From positions 5,482,218 through 5,546,217 of the forward strand of contig CM119264.1 of the NCBI GenBank assembly GCA_051294375.1: a stretch of 64,000 bases of DNA, written 5' to 3'. Shown piece by piece: positions 1-12,304 of the stretch. The notes beneath the pieces are model-generated. The model ran no database searches, was not told the DNA's origin, and saw only the letters and a program-made list of their open reading frames with translations. A program made the position numbers and the translations under genes. Each line of letters starts with the position of its first letter. Positions within the stretch are counted from its first letter, which is position 1. Source of the stretch: Paraspadella gotoi (lineage: Eukaryota > Animalia > Chaetognatha).

Positions 1-929
1 GAGTTAGATGGGGAAGGATAGATTGAGAGAAGACAGAAAGTGAGAAAGTAAAAAAGGAAAACAATATGGAAAGTAAAAGAGAAATCGAGAGCGTGGGAAA
101 AAGAGGGGCGGAAAGAGAAAGGGGAAAAAAAGGAAGGGAGATTGGGAACAGGTGGTTGGGGTAGTTTGAGAGGGAAAGGGGGAAATGGGAGAAGGATGAA
201 TGAGGAAGAGAATAGAGGAAGATAGAGAGAAGGCGGATTTGGGAGAAGTTAAAATCGGGATGAGTGAAAGATAGAGAAAAAAGTTTGGGTAAAAGGATCT
301 AAAAGAGAAAAAAGAAGTAAAAAAGAAAAAGAAAAGAAAAAGGAAAAGAAAACTATAAAAGGAAAATTAGAAAAGAAAAAGAAATAGAAAAGAAAAAGGA
401 AAAGAGATTGACGCAAAAGAGGAGAAAGGGAGAAAATTCAGGGAGGGGGGGCGGAGGAAGTTGGGCAGAAGGGGAAAAAATACTTTTTTTTTTCTTTCGG
501 AAAAAGAAAAACCTTTTGACTTTTGTTAGAAAACGAAAACTAAGATAGTAAAAAAAAAAAAAGATTTAAAATTTGTTAAAAAAGAAGAGATAAAACAAAA
601 ACGGTAATTCAAATGTGTTGCGCCGCCGTGACTGTCTTTTCACGTGTATTTCCGGTTGATCTCGTGATTACCAATAAACATTAATCTCGCGCTGTATCGG
701 GATTCCGCCTTTTATTCCTTAAATACGATTTCTTTAAAAAAACAAAAGATAGTGCTAGTAGTCGCTTAGATTCTCAGCAAAAATGACAAAAGAGCAACGA
801 AGTGAACGAGATATAAGCATTTTAAACGTAAGTGGGACAGACCGACAGACCGAGACCGAAAGACTGAGTTGCTCCGCGAGTACTCGCGACGCAACTAAAA
901 TGTAGGAAGAGTAGGATTTGACCTGGAAC

Positions 930-1068
930 AGCAGCACGGGTCGACGCTTCAGCGAGCAGCAGCACGGTAGAACTCTTCAGCAGCGAGGTAGACCTCACCA
1001 GCAGCACACAAGACCTCACCCGCAGCGCGGTCGACCTCTCCAGCAGCGCAGTAGACCTCACCAGCAGG
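930..1068. repeat. 21-bp degenerate minisatellite (CAGCAGCACGGTAGACCTCAC-like), about 6 copies
   Basis: Direct inspection; the minus strand reads as the heptad AAGEVxx. Confidence 0.8.
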
Positions 1069-1267
1069 GCTGATTCCGATAGAAATCTCGTTTATTTTAG
1101 AAAATGCAATATTGAGGAACCATGCCGTCAAAAAAAGCGTCATCTTTATAAAAAGACGACGTCAATTGGAAATAAAGGGCGATAGATAACAGATCGAACC
1201 GGTAGTCACGTGATTTCCGCTAAACAAAAGGGAAACGAAACGCATTATCATTGGATAAAGCGAACCC

Positions 1268-1301
<34 letters not shown>

Positions 1302-1566
1302 GCAGTCACGTTGCGGAGCTCGGACAGATGTGAAAAACATTGATGAATACGTACAGAGATTCTATGACGTTTGAATTGACGGCTGACATTATTTATTAGG
1401 AAGTATAATATTAATAAAAACTATACTAATAGCGACAGGTTCTTTCTTTACCCACCTCTTTACTATCTCTATTCTCTCTTTACTCTCTCTTTCGTCTCTC
1501 GTCAAATGATTTAAATGGAATTAAAACAATTTAAATGATAAAAGCGACGGGTTTAATAGTTTCCTC

Positions 1567-1608
<42 letters not shown>

Positions 1609-1663
1609 TAAAAACTCTGGCGACGAACAATCGTCGCCAATCATCGCGCTTTTGTTAAAGTTT

Positions 1664-1664
<1 letters not shown>

Positions 1665-1703
<39 letters not shown>

Positions 1704-2540
1704 CGTCGTCGTCATCGTCGTCGTCGTCGGCTTTGTCCTCCTCATAAGATTTGTCGTCGTTAATTTTTGTAGTCAACTTTGTCGTCATCTAACTAATTTT
1801 CGTCACCATTCATCATAATCATTGTCAAAGACAACGTGGCATCCGTTGTGATTTTATTAAAGCGATGTATTCTTTGTAGTAGTCGTCTTTGTCATCGTTG
1901 TTCTCTTTATCGTCGACTTCTTTGTCGTCTTTTTCCTCTTTGTCGTCATCGTTCTCTTTATCGTCCTTCTCTTTGTCGTTTTGATACTCTTTGTCGTTAT
2001 TGTTCTCTTCGTCGTCATTATTCTCATTGTCGTCATAGGACTCTTTGTCATCATTCAACTGTTTGTCGTCGTTTTTTTTTCTTTGTCGTCGTCGTCCTAT
2101 TGGTCGTTGTCATCCTCCTCTTTGTCATCATCCTCTTCTTTGTAGTCATCTTTTTTTTCTTTATCTTTGTCATTGTCATTCTCTTTATTGTCGTTCTCCT
2201 CTTTATCATCATCCTCCTCAAGTCCTCATTGTCATCATCGTCCTTATGGTGGTCGTCGTTCTCTTTGTCGCCGTTCTCCTCTTTATCGTCGTTCTCTTTG
2301 TCGCCGTTCTCCTCTTTATCGTCGTCTTCTTTGTCGCCGTTCTCCTCTTTATCGTCGTCTTCTTTGTCGTCGTTCTCCTCTTTACAGGCGTCGTTTTTCA
2401 TTATCTCGCCTCTCGTCATCGGCGTCATAGTGAACGCCATTCACGTTTCCATGGTAATCGACGGACGCCATTCACGTTGCCAGGGTAATCGATGTTTATC
2501 GTCGTCGTCGTCGCTGTCATCGTCGTCGTCGTCGTCGATC
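1665..2540. repeat. (TCG)n tracts and a 15/30-bp TCTTTGTCGCCGTTCTCCTCTTTATCGTCG-type minisatellite
   Basis: Clear 30-bp periodicity at about 2260-2385, degenerate elsewhere; the minus strand reads as DDKEE/N repeats. Confidence 0.8.
2445..2489. promoter_or_regulatory. Two tandem RFX X-box-like motifs in a 31-bp duplication
   Basis: GTTTCCATGGTAAT (2445-2458) and GTTGCCAGGGTAAT (2476-2489), against the X-box consensus GTNRCC(N0-3)RGYAAC; each has mismatches. Confidence 0.2.
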
Positions 2541-3534
2541 ATTTTAGGCAAAGTTCGACAGAGACTCAATGTGAGGAAAGTAGAAAGTTGGAAGGTCGAC
2601 GGGAGGTAGGAATGGGATGGATGTGGATTGAGGAGGGTAGGAAGAAAGGGACGAGATGATAAACAAGAAGACAAAGAAATGAAAAGTTTTAAAATGTGAA
2701 AGACCGAAGGGGAGATGGGAAATGAGATATGAGTGAGGACTGTGAGATTGAAGGCCGACTGGGAAAGAAAAAAGAAAAGGGAAAAGAGAAAATGGAAAAG
2801 GGAACAGAGAAAAGAGAAAAGGGAAAAGGGAAAAGGGAAACGAGAAAAGGGAAAAGAGAAATGGGAAAAGATATGACATTAGAACAGATGGAGAGAAAAA
2901 TGATCGTTGAGTGAATGTGAAGTGGAAAGGTGTGAGGTGTGAAGTGTCACAGTTGGGAGTTGCGGGTGGAAACGAGGAAAAGTAGAAAATTGGATGGTGG
3001 AAGAGTTGAAAATAGAAAAAGTGGAAGGTGGAAAGGTATAAGGTGGGAGGGCACGTATTCGAAATTAACTCGTTGGCTTCTGCTGTCGCCAGAAGACAAA
3101 GGGTGAAAAAAAATAGTGAAACATACTTTTAGAGAATTAGTAAATTAAGTGGTAAAAAGTTTAAAATGGGATTTAAGGACAATGGTTTTCCCGGAATATG
3201 AATAAATCAAACATTCGCCTCGCCGCGAATCTTACTTTCGGCCCAGTTGTTTGGCATCGTTTCTATGGAGACGCTTAAGTGACAACTGATCCATGGGGTC
3301 TCAATCTGAGGATTCGATAAATTCTGGATGGAACCACGCAGACCTCGGGGGGGGACGTGGAATCTCTTTCAGTGAACGAGTTCTTAGGGAAAACCGATGT
3401 TCTGACGTCACAGTTGGCAGCAGACAAAGCAAAGTGACAATTTAATGTGGGCTTCAAATTTGTGAATGCAAAGTCACAAATAAGCGCGATTTTTCGTTGC
3501 TGCTACTTGGCAAATATTGAGACACAAAAGACAC

Positions 3535-3730
3535 AAAAGCTGTGATATCTTGAGAGTTTTACGAAAATGGAATGACATCTTAAAAGTATTTCAAAAAAGC
3601 AGCACAATCATAAAGGTATCACAAGAGAAATGTCATCGTGACGGTATATCTTGAATACAGAAACATCTTAAAGGTATGACTTTAATACAGCGACATCTTA
3701 AAGGTATCACGCAAATGCAGTGACATCCAG
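3535..3730. repeat. Degenerate minisatellite with a unit of about 29-30 bp (AATACAGCGACATCTTAAAGGTATCAC-like)
   Basis: Recurrent GACATCTTAAAGGTAT core about every 30 bp. Confidence 0.65.
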
Positions 3731-5044
3731 CGTTCGCCTCTTGTAAACGATGCCCGAGTTTTGACCCTCGAAGAGAAAAAACGATTTATCAAATGTGAAG
3801 TCACGAGAGAGAAAAGCGGAACGAAGCGATCCAAAGGGGAAGAGGGAATCGTGGGTGGGATTGTAGAGAAAGATTGTGGTTGAGATTGAGAGCGACCATT
3901 AAAAGGAAAAAGGATCGTAAATAGCCCACGGAAGGAGAAGGAATTACGTGGGTAGGAATTGTGGTTGGGATAAAGAGAGGCCCTCAAAGGCCGAAGGGGA
4001 ATGCGGGCGGGATTGTGGTCCACGAAAGGGGAAGCAGAAACGTGGGTAATATTGTGGACGCCCTTTGGAACTGAAAGTGGAAAGTTGGTTGGCGTTGTGG
4101 TTGGCATTGTGGGTCCTTGGAGGGAAAAGCAGAAGCGTGGTTGGGATTAGGGTTGAGATTGTGTGTGACCCAGTGGGTTGAGTGTGAATAAGAAAAACAG
4201 TTGGTGGAGGTCGGTGAAGAAAAATGGTCGAATGGTGTGATCAACGTAGGGCGTCTGACAATCTGATGGGCGGGAAAAGTGAGAGGTGAAAAAGGATGAG
4301 GAGAACGTGAGAGACAATGCGAGGCTTTTGCTTGAGGTAGAAGGATTTAGTTAACTAGAGAGAGTTGGTTAGAAAATAATAGGAGGTAAAGAGGAGATGA
4401 TAAAGCGCAAAGTGGGAATAAAAAGCTTGAATCTCGCTAGGGATATCGTAGTTGGTTCGGTCCGATTCTAATCAGAAGGTAGAAGCAACATAGATCCTTC
4501 ATAGAGTTGGAAGAAGGTTGGAAAAACAGAACAAGAAGCAGGGACTTGAGGGGATAAGGGTTTTTCTTTTTTTAATTCGGAAGCGGGGATAAGGGAAGGG
4601 AGCGACAGGGGGGGCGTGTCTCCAAACCGGAAACGCGTCCGGAGGCGAAAAAAACAAAAACAAACGAGGAACGAAAAGCTGCTCCTTCGCTGTCAAGATG
4701 GACGGCGGACTTCGTCGTCGTCTTCGTCGTCGTCTTCGTCGTTATCCTCTTCGCATTTCCGCCGCTGCGTTCGCAGCTTCCGCCGCACTGTACGCAGCCG
4801 CCTCGAGCCAGTATTTTCTTTCTTCATTTTCTGCGACGCGTTATTCACGATCATCGTAAACGTCGCTTAGTTTGTATCCAAGTCGTAATTGTATTTATCA
4901 AATTCGATGACGTTCGTTTTTTGTGTTTTTTTTTTTACAGTTTGGGTTTATTTTTTGGGTTAGTTTTTTGTTTAATTGTTTGTTTATTGTTTTTTTGTTT
5001 TTTTTTTTGTAACTTCGATGTCGATACTGTGAAATTTCCATCAT

Positions 5045-5440
5045 GCTTGTTTTCGTCGTCGTCGTCGTTGTTCTTCGTCGTTATCGTCGTTTTCCTTTAC
5101 GTCATCATCATCGTTTTCGTTGTAGTCATCGTCATTTTTGCCTTCGTCGTCATTTTCGTTTGCGTCATCATCTTCGTCATTGTTATTGTCGTTGTTTTCA
5201 TCGCCTTAGACTTCGTCTTCGTCATTTTCGTCGTCGTCGTCATCGTCGTCTTTTTCGTCGTCGTCGTCGTCGTCGTGTTTCTTCTCCCTTCGCCTCCCAC
5301 TTTTCCTTTTATCGCCTCCAACATTTCGACGCGACGACGAATCGCCCAAAATCCGCCTCATCCATTTTCTTATTCCACACATTTTTTTTCACTTTTGGTC
5401 GTCTTTTGCCGTCGTCGTCGTCGTCGTCGTCGTCGTCTTA
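5045..5440. repeat. (TCG/TCA)n trinucleotide-derived low-complexity region
   Basis: Direct inspection. Confidence 0.85.
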
Positions 5441-5884
5441 GTCCGTTTCCCTTCTGCCCTGTCAGTTTGTCTGACCAAAGTGAAGAGACCGTGACGATAT
5501 TCGGGTTATTTCGTCGGCTCGTCGCATGTCGTCTCGTCGTCGTCGATCGTTCGTCTCCCCAATAAGTCCTTAGTCGCCGTCGGTCTCGAGGGAAAGTCGA
5601 GTTGTTGTTTTCTTTCGGACGAAAATTTGGATTAGATTTTAAAGTCGAGTCGAGCGACGTCACCGGCCTTTGGCCTTCGCGAGGCTTGTAATTTATTTTT
5701 AAATAAATTATTAAAACCGTTAATGACTTTAAATAAAAAAATTAAGGATTCGCCTCACTTCCTTCTTTGAAGTTGGACAACAACGACAACAACAACAACG
5801 ACGACGACGACTAACGAAAATCAAAATGTGATTAGTGGGGGCAATTTCGCGTTCAAACCCAATCTCCGAATTGCTTTCTTGGAT

Positions 5885-5905
5885 TCTCTCTCTCTCTCTC
5901 TTCTC

Positions 5906-5937
<32 letters not shown>

Positions 5938-5981
5938 TCTCTCTCTCTCTCTCTTCTTTCTCTTCTTTCTCCTCTCTCTCT

Positions 5982-6050
<69 letters not shown>

Positions 6051-7214
6051 CACTACAGACAAATGATTGTTTTCCTGAAATCATTTTGGGGGGGAGAAGC
6101 GTTTGCTGGCAAGGGCACGGCCGCGGCGGGCGGCGGCTTGCTGGAAAGACCTGTGCCAGCACGAGGGGAAAAGGGAAATGTAATCGAGGGTCAAGACTCC
6201 AACCAGAAAAAAAAAGTGGTGATGAATCCTGACCCCAAAGGACCCCTCATTAGAATGCGGAGGGTTCGGGAAGGGGCGAGGGAGTTGGGGTGTAGAGGGG
6301 GCGAGAGGAACGGGGTCGGGAAGGGACCAGACTTGGGTGAAGGAGGAGCAATAAACTCGCGTTGTCTCGTGACGACAGATTGTGAGAAACGATTGCGGAA
6401 TGCAGAGTCGTTGAAGGTTAGAGATTGTGGGCAGTGGATAATCTTGGGGTTGATAATTGTGGGTAAAGGATGGTAAATGTGGTCAGGTGGGGTGAAGAGA
6501 AAAAGAGGAGCGGGGCGATAAAATTGGAAATTAAGTTAGGGAGAATTTATAATGAGTCCTTAAGTCCTTTTTTTTATATTGCAAGCTGATTAGCGATGAC
6601 TACTAAATAGGAAATTGTCTGATCAATGGAATGAATGTTCTGGAGACGCAGTATGTTTTCTTCTAATTCGAATTCAGACGAATAAAAAGAATAAAAGACT
6701 TAAAAAACTTTAAAAATACAGCGTGTTTTCATAAGGATTGTGTAATGTGTAATACACAATGTCTATCAAAGAGTTTTAAAAAAGGAAATTCTTTTTTCTT
6801 TCTTTCTTTATTTCTTTCTCTCTCTCGTCATCTCTCTCTCATCTCTCTCTCTCTCCTCTCTCGTCTCTCTCTCTTCTCTCTCTCTCTATTCACCTTATCT
6901 GAATTCTATCTTTTTCCCCCGCCTCCAACAACGCCACATTTGGGGTCAGTTTGTTACAATCCGAGACTCGCACCTGAAGTTTTCTCGCTTTCGTCTCCGC
7001 GGAATCGAAAAAAAAAAAACTTTTCCGAATCACGCATTTTTCTTTCTCGCTCTCATTTTTCCTCCATCACTCCCCGGTTGTGTGTCCGTCTTTCTCTTGT
7101 TTAAATTTTTTTAAAAGAGAATTAATTTCATTTACTGAGTTCTTGTTGTGACTCCTCTCTCGTTTCTCTTCCCTCTCTTTCTCTTCTCTCTCTCTCTCTC
7201 TCCTCTCTCTCTCG

Positions 7215-7256
<42 letters not shown>

Positions 7257-7584
7257 CTCTCATCTCTCTCGCTGTCTTTGTCTCCGACGTTTGCGCTCTC
7301 TCGTCCAAAGATTCTCCTTCCGTCAACCCCCCCCGACTCGAGCTTTAATCTCCCCCCTCCCCTCCCCCCCACAACCTCACCTCCCCTCCTCCTCACCTGA
7401 TCCAGAGGTGGAGGGATTCGACGCCATGCTCCAGGTGAGGTCATCCAAGGGTGAGTTCGACCGGAGACAAAACGGACAGGAGATGTTAATGAGGGGCGAG
7501 GGGGCGAGGAAGAGTGAGGCGGGGCGAGGCCGAGGTCCCTGGGGAGAACCACGAAATGGGACCCCTTTTTAGAGAGCGACTCTT

Positions 7585-7673
<89 letters not shown>

Positions 7674-7917
7674 CTCTCTTGCTCTTATTTTTTTTTTGCC
7701 TTTCTTACTTTCTATGCTTTTTTTTTTTCTTCTTTTCTTTTTTTTCTTCTCCTCTCCATTTCTCTTCCACTCTCTCATACATTTTCTCTCTCTTTTCTTG
7801 ATTGATTTCTAGCTTGCTTGCTTGCTTGCTTATTTCTTAATAGACCACAACATTTTTGTCCGTATTTCTTTTACTTCATCTGCGTATCTTTCTACAAACA
7901 CTCTCTCCTTTTTTTCA

Positions 7918-7963
<46 letters not shown>

Positions 7964-8170
7964 CTCTCTTCTCTCGTCTCTCTCTCTCCTCTCCTTCTCT
8001 CTCTTCTCTCCTTCCTCTCTTCTCTCTTAATCTCTCTCTCACACAAAAGCGAGACGGCCCCACCCACGTCTCAATCCCCGCCTTACCTTTTTCGCGGCGT
8101 TCGACCGGAGAAAAGTCTCCCAACGCCTGCGGCAAATGAAAAAAGGGAGAGAGAGAGAGAGAGAGAGAGA

Positions 8171-8240
<70 letters not shown>

Positions 8241-8245
8241 AGAGA
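5885..8245. repeat. Cluster of long imperfect (CT)n/(GA)n microsatellites (similar tracts recur throughout the window)
   Basis: Tracts at about 5885-6049, 6815-6887, 7155-7270, 7580-7680, 7920-8040 and 8147-8245. Confidence 0.95.
7397..7538 (-). CDS. Candidate exon of unknown gene (possibly a continuation of the K-L chain)
   Basis: GC-rich island between CT tracts, with acceptor ggttctccccag| and donor TCAG|gtgagg; 142 nt, two open frames phase-compatible with exon L. Plus-strand splice-like sites also exist, so the call is ambiguous. Confidence 0.3.
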
Positions 8246-9089
8246 AAGACATTTTTTTTATTTTCTTTTTTTTTCATTCTATTTGTGCGGATTTCGTAGG
8301 GGAATGAGAATTTTTTTTTTTCTCGGAAATGTAAGAAAGGCATGCTGAAGCCTCTTCGGCCCTGAGGAAAGTTAGTCTTCAACTTCTCACTCGCGCCTTC
8401 GGGAATCTGGAGTTTTTTGTCGGTGTTTCCCTTGTTTTCTCTGTTTTTTATTTTGTTTTTTATTTGTTTTTTTGTCGTTCTCTCATCTGCTTTTTCGGTC
8501 TGTATCTCAGTCTGTCGTTCCCTCGTTTTGACAAAGTTGTAAAAAAATAGAGTCAAAATTCCTTCTTTGTTTTAATAAATCTCTTTTTCTTTTCTTTTCT
8601 TTAATTTTCTTTTTCTTTTTTCTAAATAAGTTCCTTCTCTTTTTCCTCCTTCCTAAATAAGTTCCTTCTCTTTCTCCCTCCTTCATTCTTTATTTACTCT
8701 TTCTTCTTCTTCATTCTTTTTCGGTTCTCCTCACTTTTTTTCTCCGAATCTAAGATTCTAGGAAGAAACTGAATTAGGGGAGAAATAAGATCTCTCATCT
8801 CAGGCCGATTTAAAAGGAAAGTCTTTGCCTCGCTCTGTCCCCTTAAGTGTCCCTCTAAGTGTCCCTCTCCCCGGATGTAATACGAAAACGAAGATCAAGC
8901 GTTGCTCCTTTTCTTTGTTCCCTCCTGGGCAGAATTAAGAAATAGTAGAAGACGAAAGGAATAATAAAGAGAAAAAGAATAAGTTTTCTGATCAGCACCA
9001 AAACTTTAATATAAATACGAGGTAATTAATGATGAAACACAGTTCGTTAAAATGTCTGAACAAAAAAATTTTGGGACCTTGCAAATTAA

Positions 9090-10305
9090 ATAAGAGCTTG
9101 TATCACATCGTCCTTAGTTCAAGAAAAAAAGAAAAAGCTTGCTTCGGATTGTCCTGAATGTCTAATGAAAATAGAATAAGCTCGCTTCAACATCTGGTCT
9201 CCACGGTTTTAACGCAAAAAGAATACATCTTGCATCACATTGTCCGCTGGTTTTAACCAAAAAGATATAAAGCTTGCATCAACATTGTCCCGACTGGTTT
9301 AACCAAAAAAATAACAAGCTTGCTATCAACATTGGTCTCACTGGATTTAACCAAAAAGAATACAATGCTTGCATCAACATGTCCCCTGGTTTACGCAAAA
9401 AAGAATACAATGCTTGCATCAACATTGTCCCTCTGGTTAACCAAAAAAAGAATACAAGCTTGCATCACATTGTCCCGCTGGTTTAACCAAAAAGATACAA
9501 GCTTGCATCACATTGTCCCACTGGTTTAACCAAAAAAGAATACAGCTTGCATCAATCTTGTGTTTACAAAAAAATAAGGCTGATCACATGTCCACTGGTT
9601 TAACCAAAAAGAATACAAGCTTGCTCATTCCTGATTTAACAAAAAGATACAACTTGTCAACATGTCCACTGGTTTACCAAAAAGAAACAAGCTTGCATCA
9701 CTTGTCCCGCTGGTTAACCAAAAAGAATACAAGCTTGCATCAACATTGTCCACTGGTTTAACCAAAAAAGAATACAAGCGGCATCAACATGTGTCCCGCT
9801 GGTTTAACCAAAAAAGAAATAAAGCTTGCATCAACATGGTCCCGCTGGTTTAAACAAAAAGAATACAAGCTTGCATCAACATTGTCCAGCTGGTTTAACC
9901 AAAAAAGAATAAAGCTTGCATTACAACATTGTCCCACTGGTTTACCAAAAAGATACAAGCTTGCATCAACTTGTCCACTGGTTTAACAAAAGAATACAAG
10001 CTTGCATCACATTGTCCCATGGTTTAACCAAAAAAGAATACAAGTTATCAACATGTTGGTTAACAAGATCAATTGATCCACATTGCTCCGCTGGTTAACA
10101 AGAACACCTGCAAAAACAGTGTCACTGTTTAACCAAAAGACAAGCTTGCATACATGTTCCCGTGGTTAACCAAAAAGAACTAGCAATAGTGCATCACATT
10201 GTCCACTGTTTAACAAAATAAAGAATAACAAAGGGCTTGATCAACATAATGTCCCACTGTTTAACCAAAAAAGATTACAGCTTGCATCAATTGTCCCGGC
10301 TGGCT
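9090..10305. repeat. Satellite array, unit about 45 bp (TTTAACCAAAAAAGAATACAAGCTTGCATCAACATTGTCCCACTGG), roughly 27 copies
   Basis: Head-to-tail units with AAGCTT in most copies; variation is mainly small indels; no spacers. Confidence 0.95.
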
Positions 10306-10568
10306 TAATCGAGAGAAGACGAACGCAACGGTTCCTCCTCCCGAGGAGAATTAAGATCTACGTTCCCTCCGGCTCAAACTGGTTCAAGATCTAAAACGAC
10401 GTCGTTATTGACCGGAAGATAATTCTTTTCATCCATTTTGCCTTCGCTGTTCTCCTTAACTGTTCTTCGTCATCGTTCCCATTAACAGTTACCGTTTATG
10501 GGTCACTCGAATATATATTCCTAGTTTGATTCACAGTTCTTACTAACTTAGGTTTCGGCTCAGGGTGA

Positions 10569-10835
10569 CTAATCTGATATACCCTTTCTCCGGATCTCCT
10601 TTACAGTTCCTTGAAAAGCTTTAAAATAGTCTCCTTCAAAGTTCCACTCAGCGCCGCCCTTCTCAGCAGCCTGAGGTCTTATCCTTTCTCCTTTCCTTTC
10701 TTTTTCCTCCTTTTTTTTATTTTTCTTTCCCTCCTTTTCTTTTTTTTTTTCCATTACGTCCTCCAATTTTGAGGCCGACAGGGTTTCGTGCACCTCGCAT
10801 TGTGAGGACAAGTGCCTCGCGGCCCCTTTTTCTCT
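10569..10835 (-). CDS. Weak candidate terminal exon (Lys/Glu-rich)
   Basis: Acceptor-like attcctttcaag| in phase 0; open frame REKGAARHLSSQCEVHETLSASKLEDVMEKKK...AAEKGGAEWNFEGDYFKAFQGTVKEIRRKGISD*. No recognisable domain. Confidence 0.2.
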   Translation of the reverse strand, partial: REKGAARHLSSQCEVHETLSASKLEDVMEKKKEKEGKKNKKKEEKERKGERIRPQAAEKGGAEWNFEGDYFKAFQGTVKEIRRKGISD

Positions 10836-11302
10836 CTTGAAAGGAATAGTTCTCTCTCTCTCTCTCCGGGTCGTCTCATCGCTCGGGGTCTCTCCCCTGG
10901 CGTTCTCTCGTCTACTCTCTCATCTCTCCTCTCTCTCGTCTGCTCTCTCTCTCTCAGTCTCGTTCTCTTCTCTCTCCTCTTCTCTCTCTCTCTCTTCTCT
11001 CTCGTCTTCTCTCTCTTCCTCTCCTTCTCTCTCTCTCTCCTCTCTCTCTAAACCTTCAATGTTTGGCATTCTGTCTACTCGTCACCATTGTGGAAACAGC
11101 GCTCTCTCGGCGATTTCTTTCACTCTTCAACTGTTCATTCTCAAACTTTTTCCGACTTAGAAATAATATCCAGGACTTAAAACTTGATTTGCTTGTTAAT
11201 ATTTTCATTCGATTCTCAATGAAAAAATGTCAATTGCAGTTTATTCGTTGGATCTCCTTTTAAGTTTCATCACATTTTAACACTTAAACATCTGAAAGTC
11301 AT

Positions 11303-11368
11303 AGTTGTTCTTCTTGTTCTTCTTGTTCTTCTTGTTCTTCTTGTTCTTCTTGTTCTTCTTGTTCTTCT
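11303..11368. repeat. (TTCTTGTTC)n 9-bp repeat
   Basis: About 7 near-perfect copies. Confidence 0.9.
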
Positions 11369-11521
11369 CTCGTTTCAACAATTTCGCACTCAATTCTCTT
11401 CCCCCCTCCAAGAAAAAAAGAAAAATGAAAAAAAAAAGAGAGAAAAAAAGGAAAGAAGTGGAATCTTTGAAAGACTTCGACTAATTGGGAGAAAAGAAAA
11501 GGAGACACGCTGAAGTTTCAC

Positions 11522-11972
11522 CCGCCAGTCGCTTACAGTCCCTTACTTTGCCACATCTTTCTAATGCCAGTCTCTGCCAGTCCCTTTCTTTCCCACGTCT
11601 TGTCAATGCCAGTCCCGGCTAGTCGCTTACAGACACTTCTTTGCCATGTCTTTCCAATGCCAATCTCTGTCAGTCCCTTTCTTTGTCACTTCTTGCCAAT
11701 GCCAGTCTCTGCCAGTTGTTTAAAGGCCTTTATTTTGACACTTGTAGCCAATGCCAACCCTGCTAGTTGCTAACTGTTCTTTTCTTTGCCCCGTCTTTTC
11801 ATTGCCAGTCCCGGTTAGTCGCTCACAGACATTACTTCGCCATTTCTTTCCAATGCCCGCCTCTGCAAGTCGGTGAGAGTCTCTTCCTCCGCCACTTCTT
11901 GCCAATGCCAACCCTGCTAGTTCTTCACAGTCGTCTCGACTGCCACTTCTTATTAATGCCAGTCTCTGCATT
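11522..11972. repeat. Diverged tandem array with AATGCCAGTCTCTGCCAGT core and a dimeric period of about 94-98 bp
   Basis: Core recurs every 40-55 bp; GTCGCT(T/C)ACAG at 11528, 11622 and 11818. Confidence 0.75.
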
Positions 11973-12025
11973 CGATTCTCAGGTCTCCCAGTATCAACTC
12001 CGCCTTCTTTTTACATTGCGTACTT

Positions 12026-12140
12026 TCCACCACCACAACTAAAACCACCACTACCACCACAAAAACCACCGCCGCCACCACCACTACTACCACTACAACC
12101 ACCACCACCACAACCACTACCATCACAACCACCACCGCCA
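12026..12140. repeat. (CCA/CTA/CAA)n trinucleotide tract
   Basis: Direct inspection. Confidence 0.85.
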
Positions 12141-12146
12141 TTCCTG

Positions 12147-12304
12147 TCAAAACCGAGTCGGTACCTCTTTGTTCTTTTTGTGTCCCATGAGAGTCGAAGG
12201 GGAGGAAGAGGAGGAAGGGGAGGAGGAAGAGGAGGAGGAGAGAGTTCGACGAGGAGTCTCGGCGGAGTCCGTCGTGGAAGCCTTGACGAGATTGTCCGAG
12301 GGAA
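12147..12304 (-). CDS. Probable exon L (low-complexity; either terminal ...EVPTRF* or spliced at 12165)
   Basis: Acceptor after a T-run, ttttctag|TT; phase-compatible with K: VPSDNLVKASTTDSAETPRRTLSSSSSSSPSSSSSPSTLMGHKKNKE. Followed by donor-like GAG|gtaccg or read-through to TGA at 12147. Confidence 0.45.

Noticed and set aside
3682-4244. Pro/Thr/His-rich minus-strand ORFs
   Set aside because: Explained by strong G/purine strand bias; no splice signals or domain motifs.
4693-5690. Protein-like minus-strand stretches (e.g. KYWLEAAAYSAAEAANAAAEMRR; RRKCEEDNDEDDD)
   Set aside because: Bounded by stops, no good splice sites and embedded in TCG repeats; cannot be supported without expression data.
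9090-10305. CRISPR-like periodic array
   Set aside because: Units are contiguous with no unique spacers, there are no cas genes, and the context is eukaryotic.
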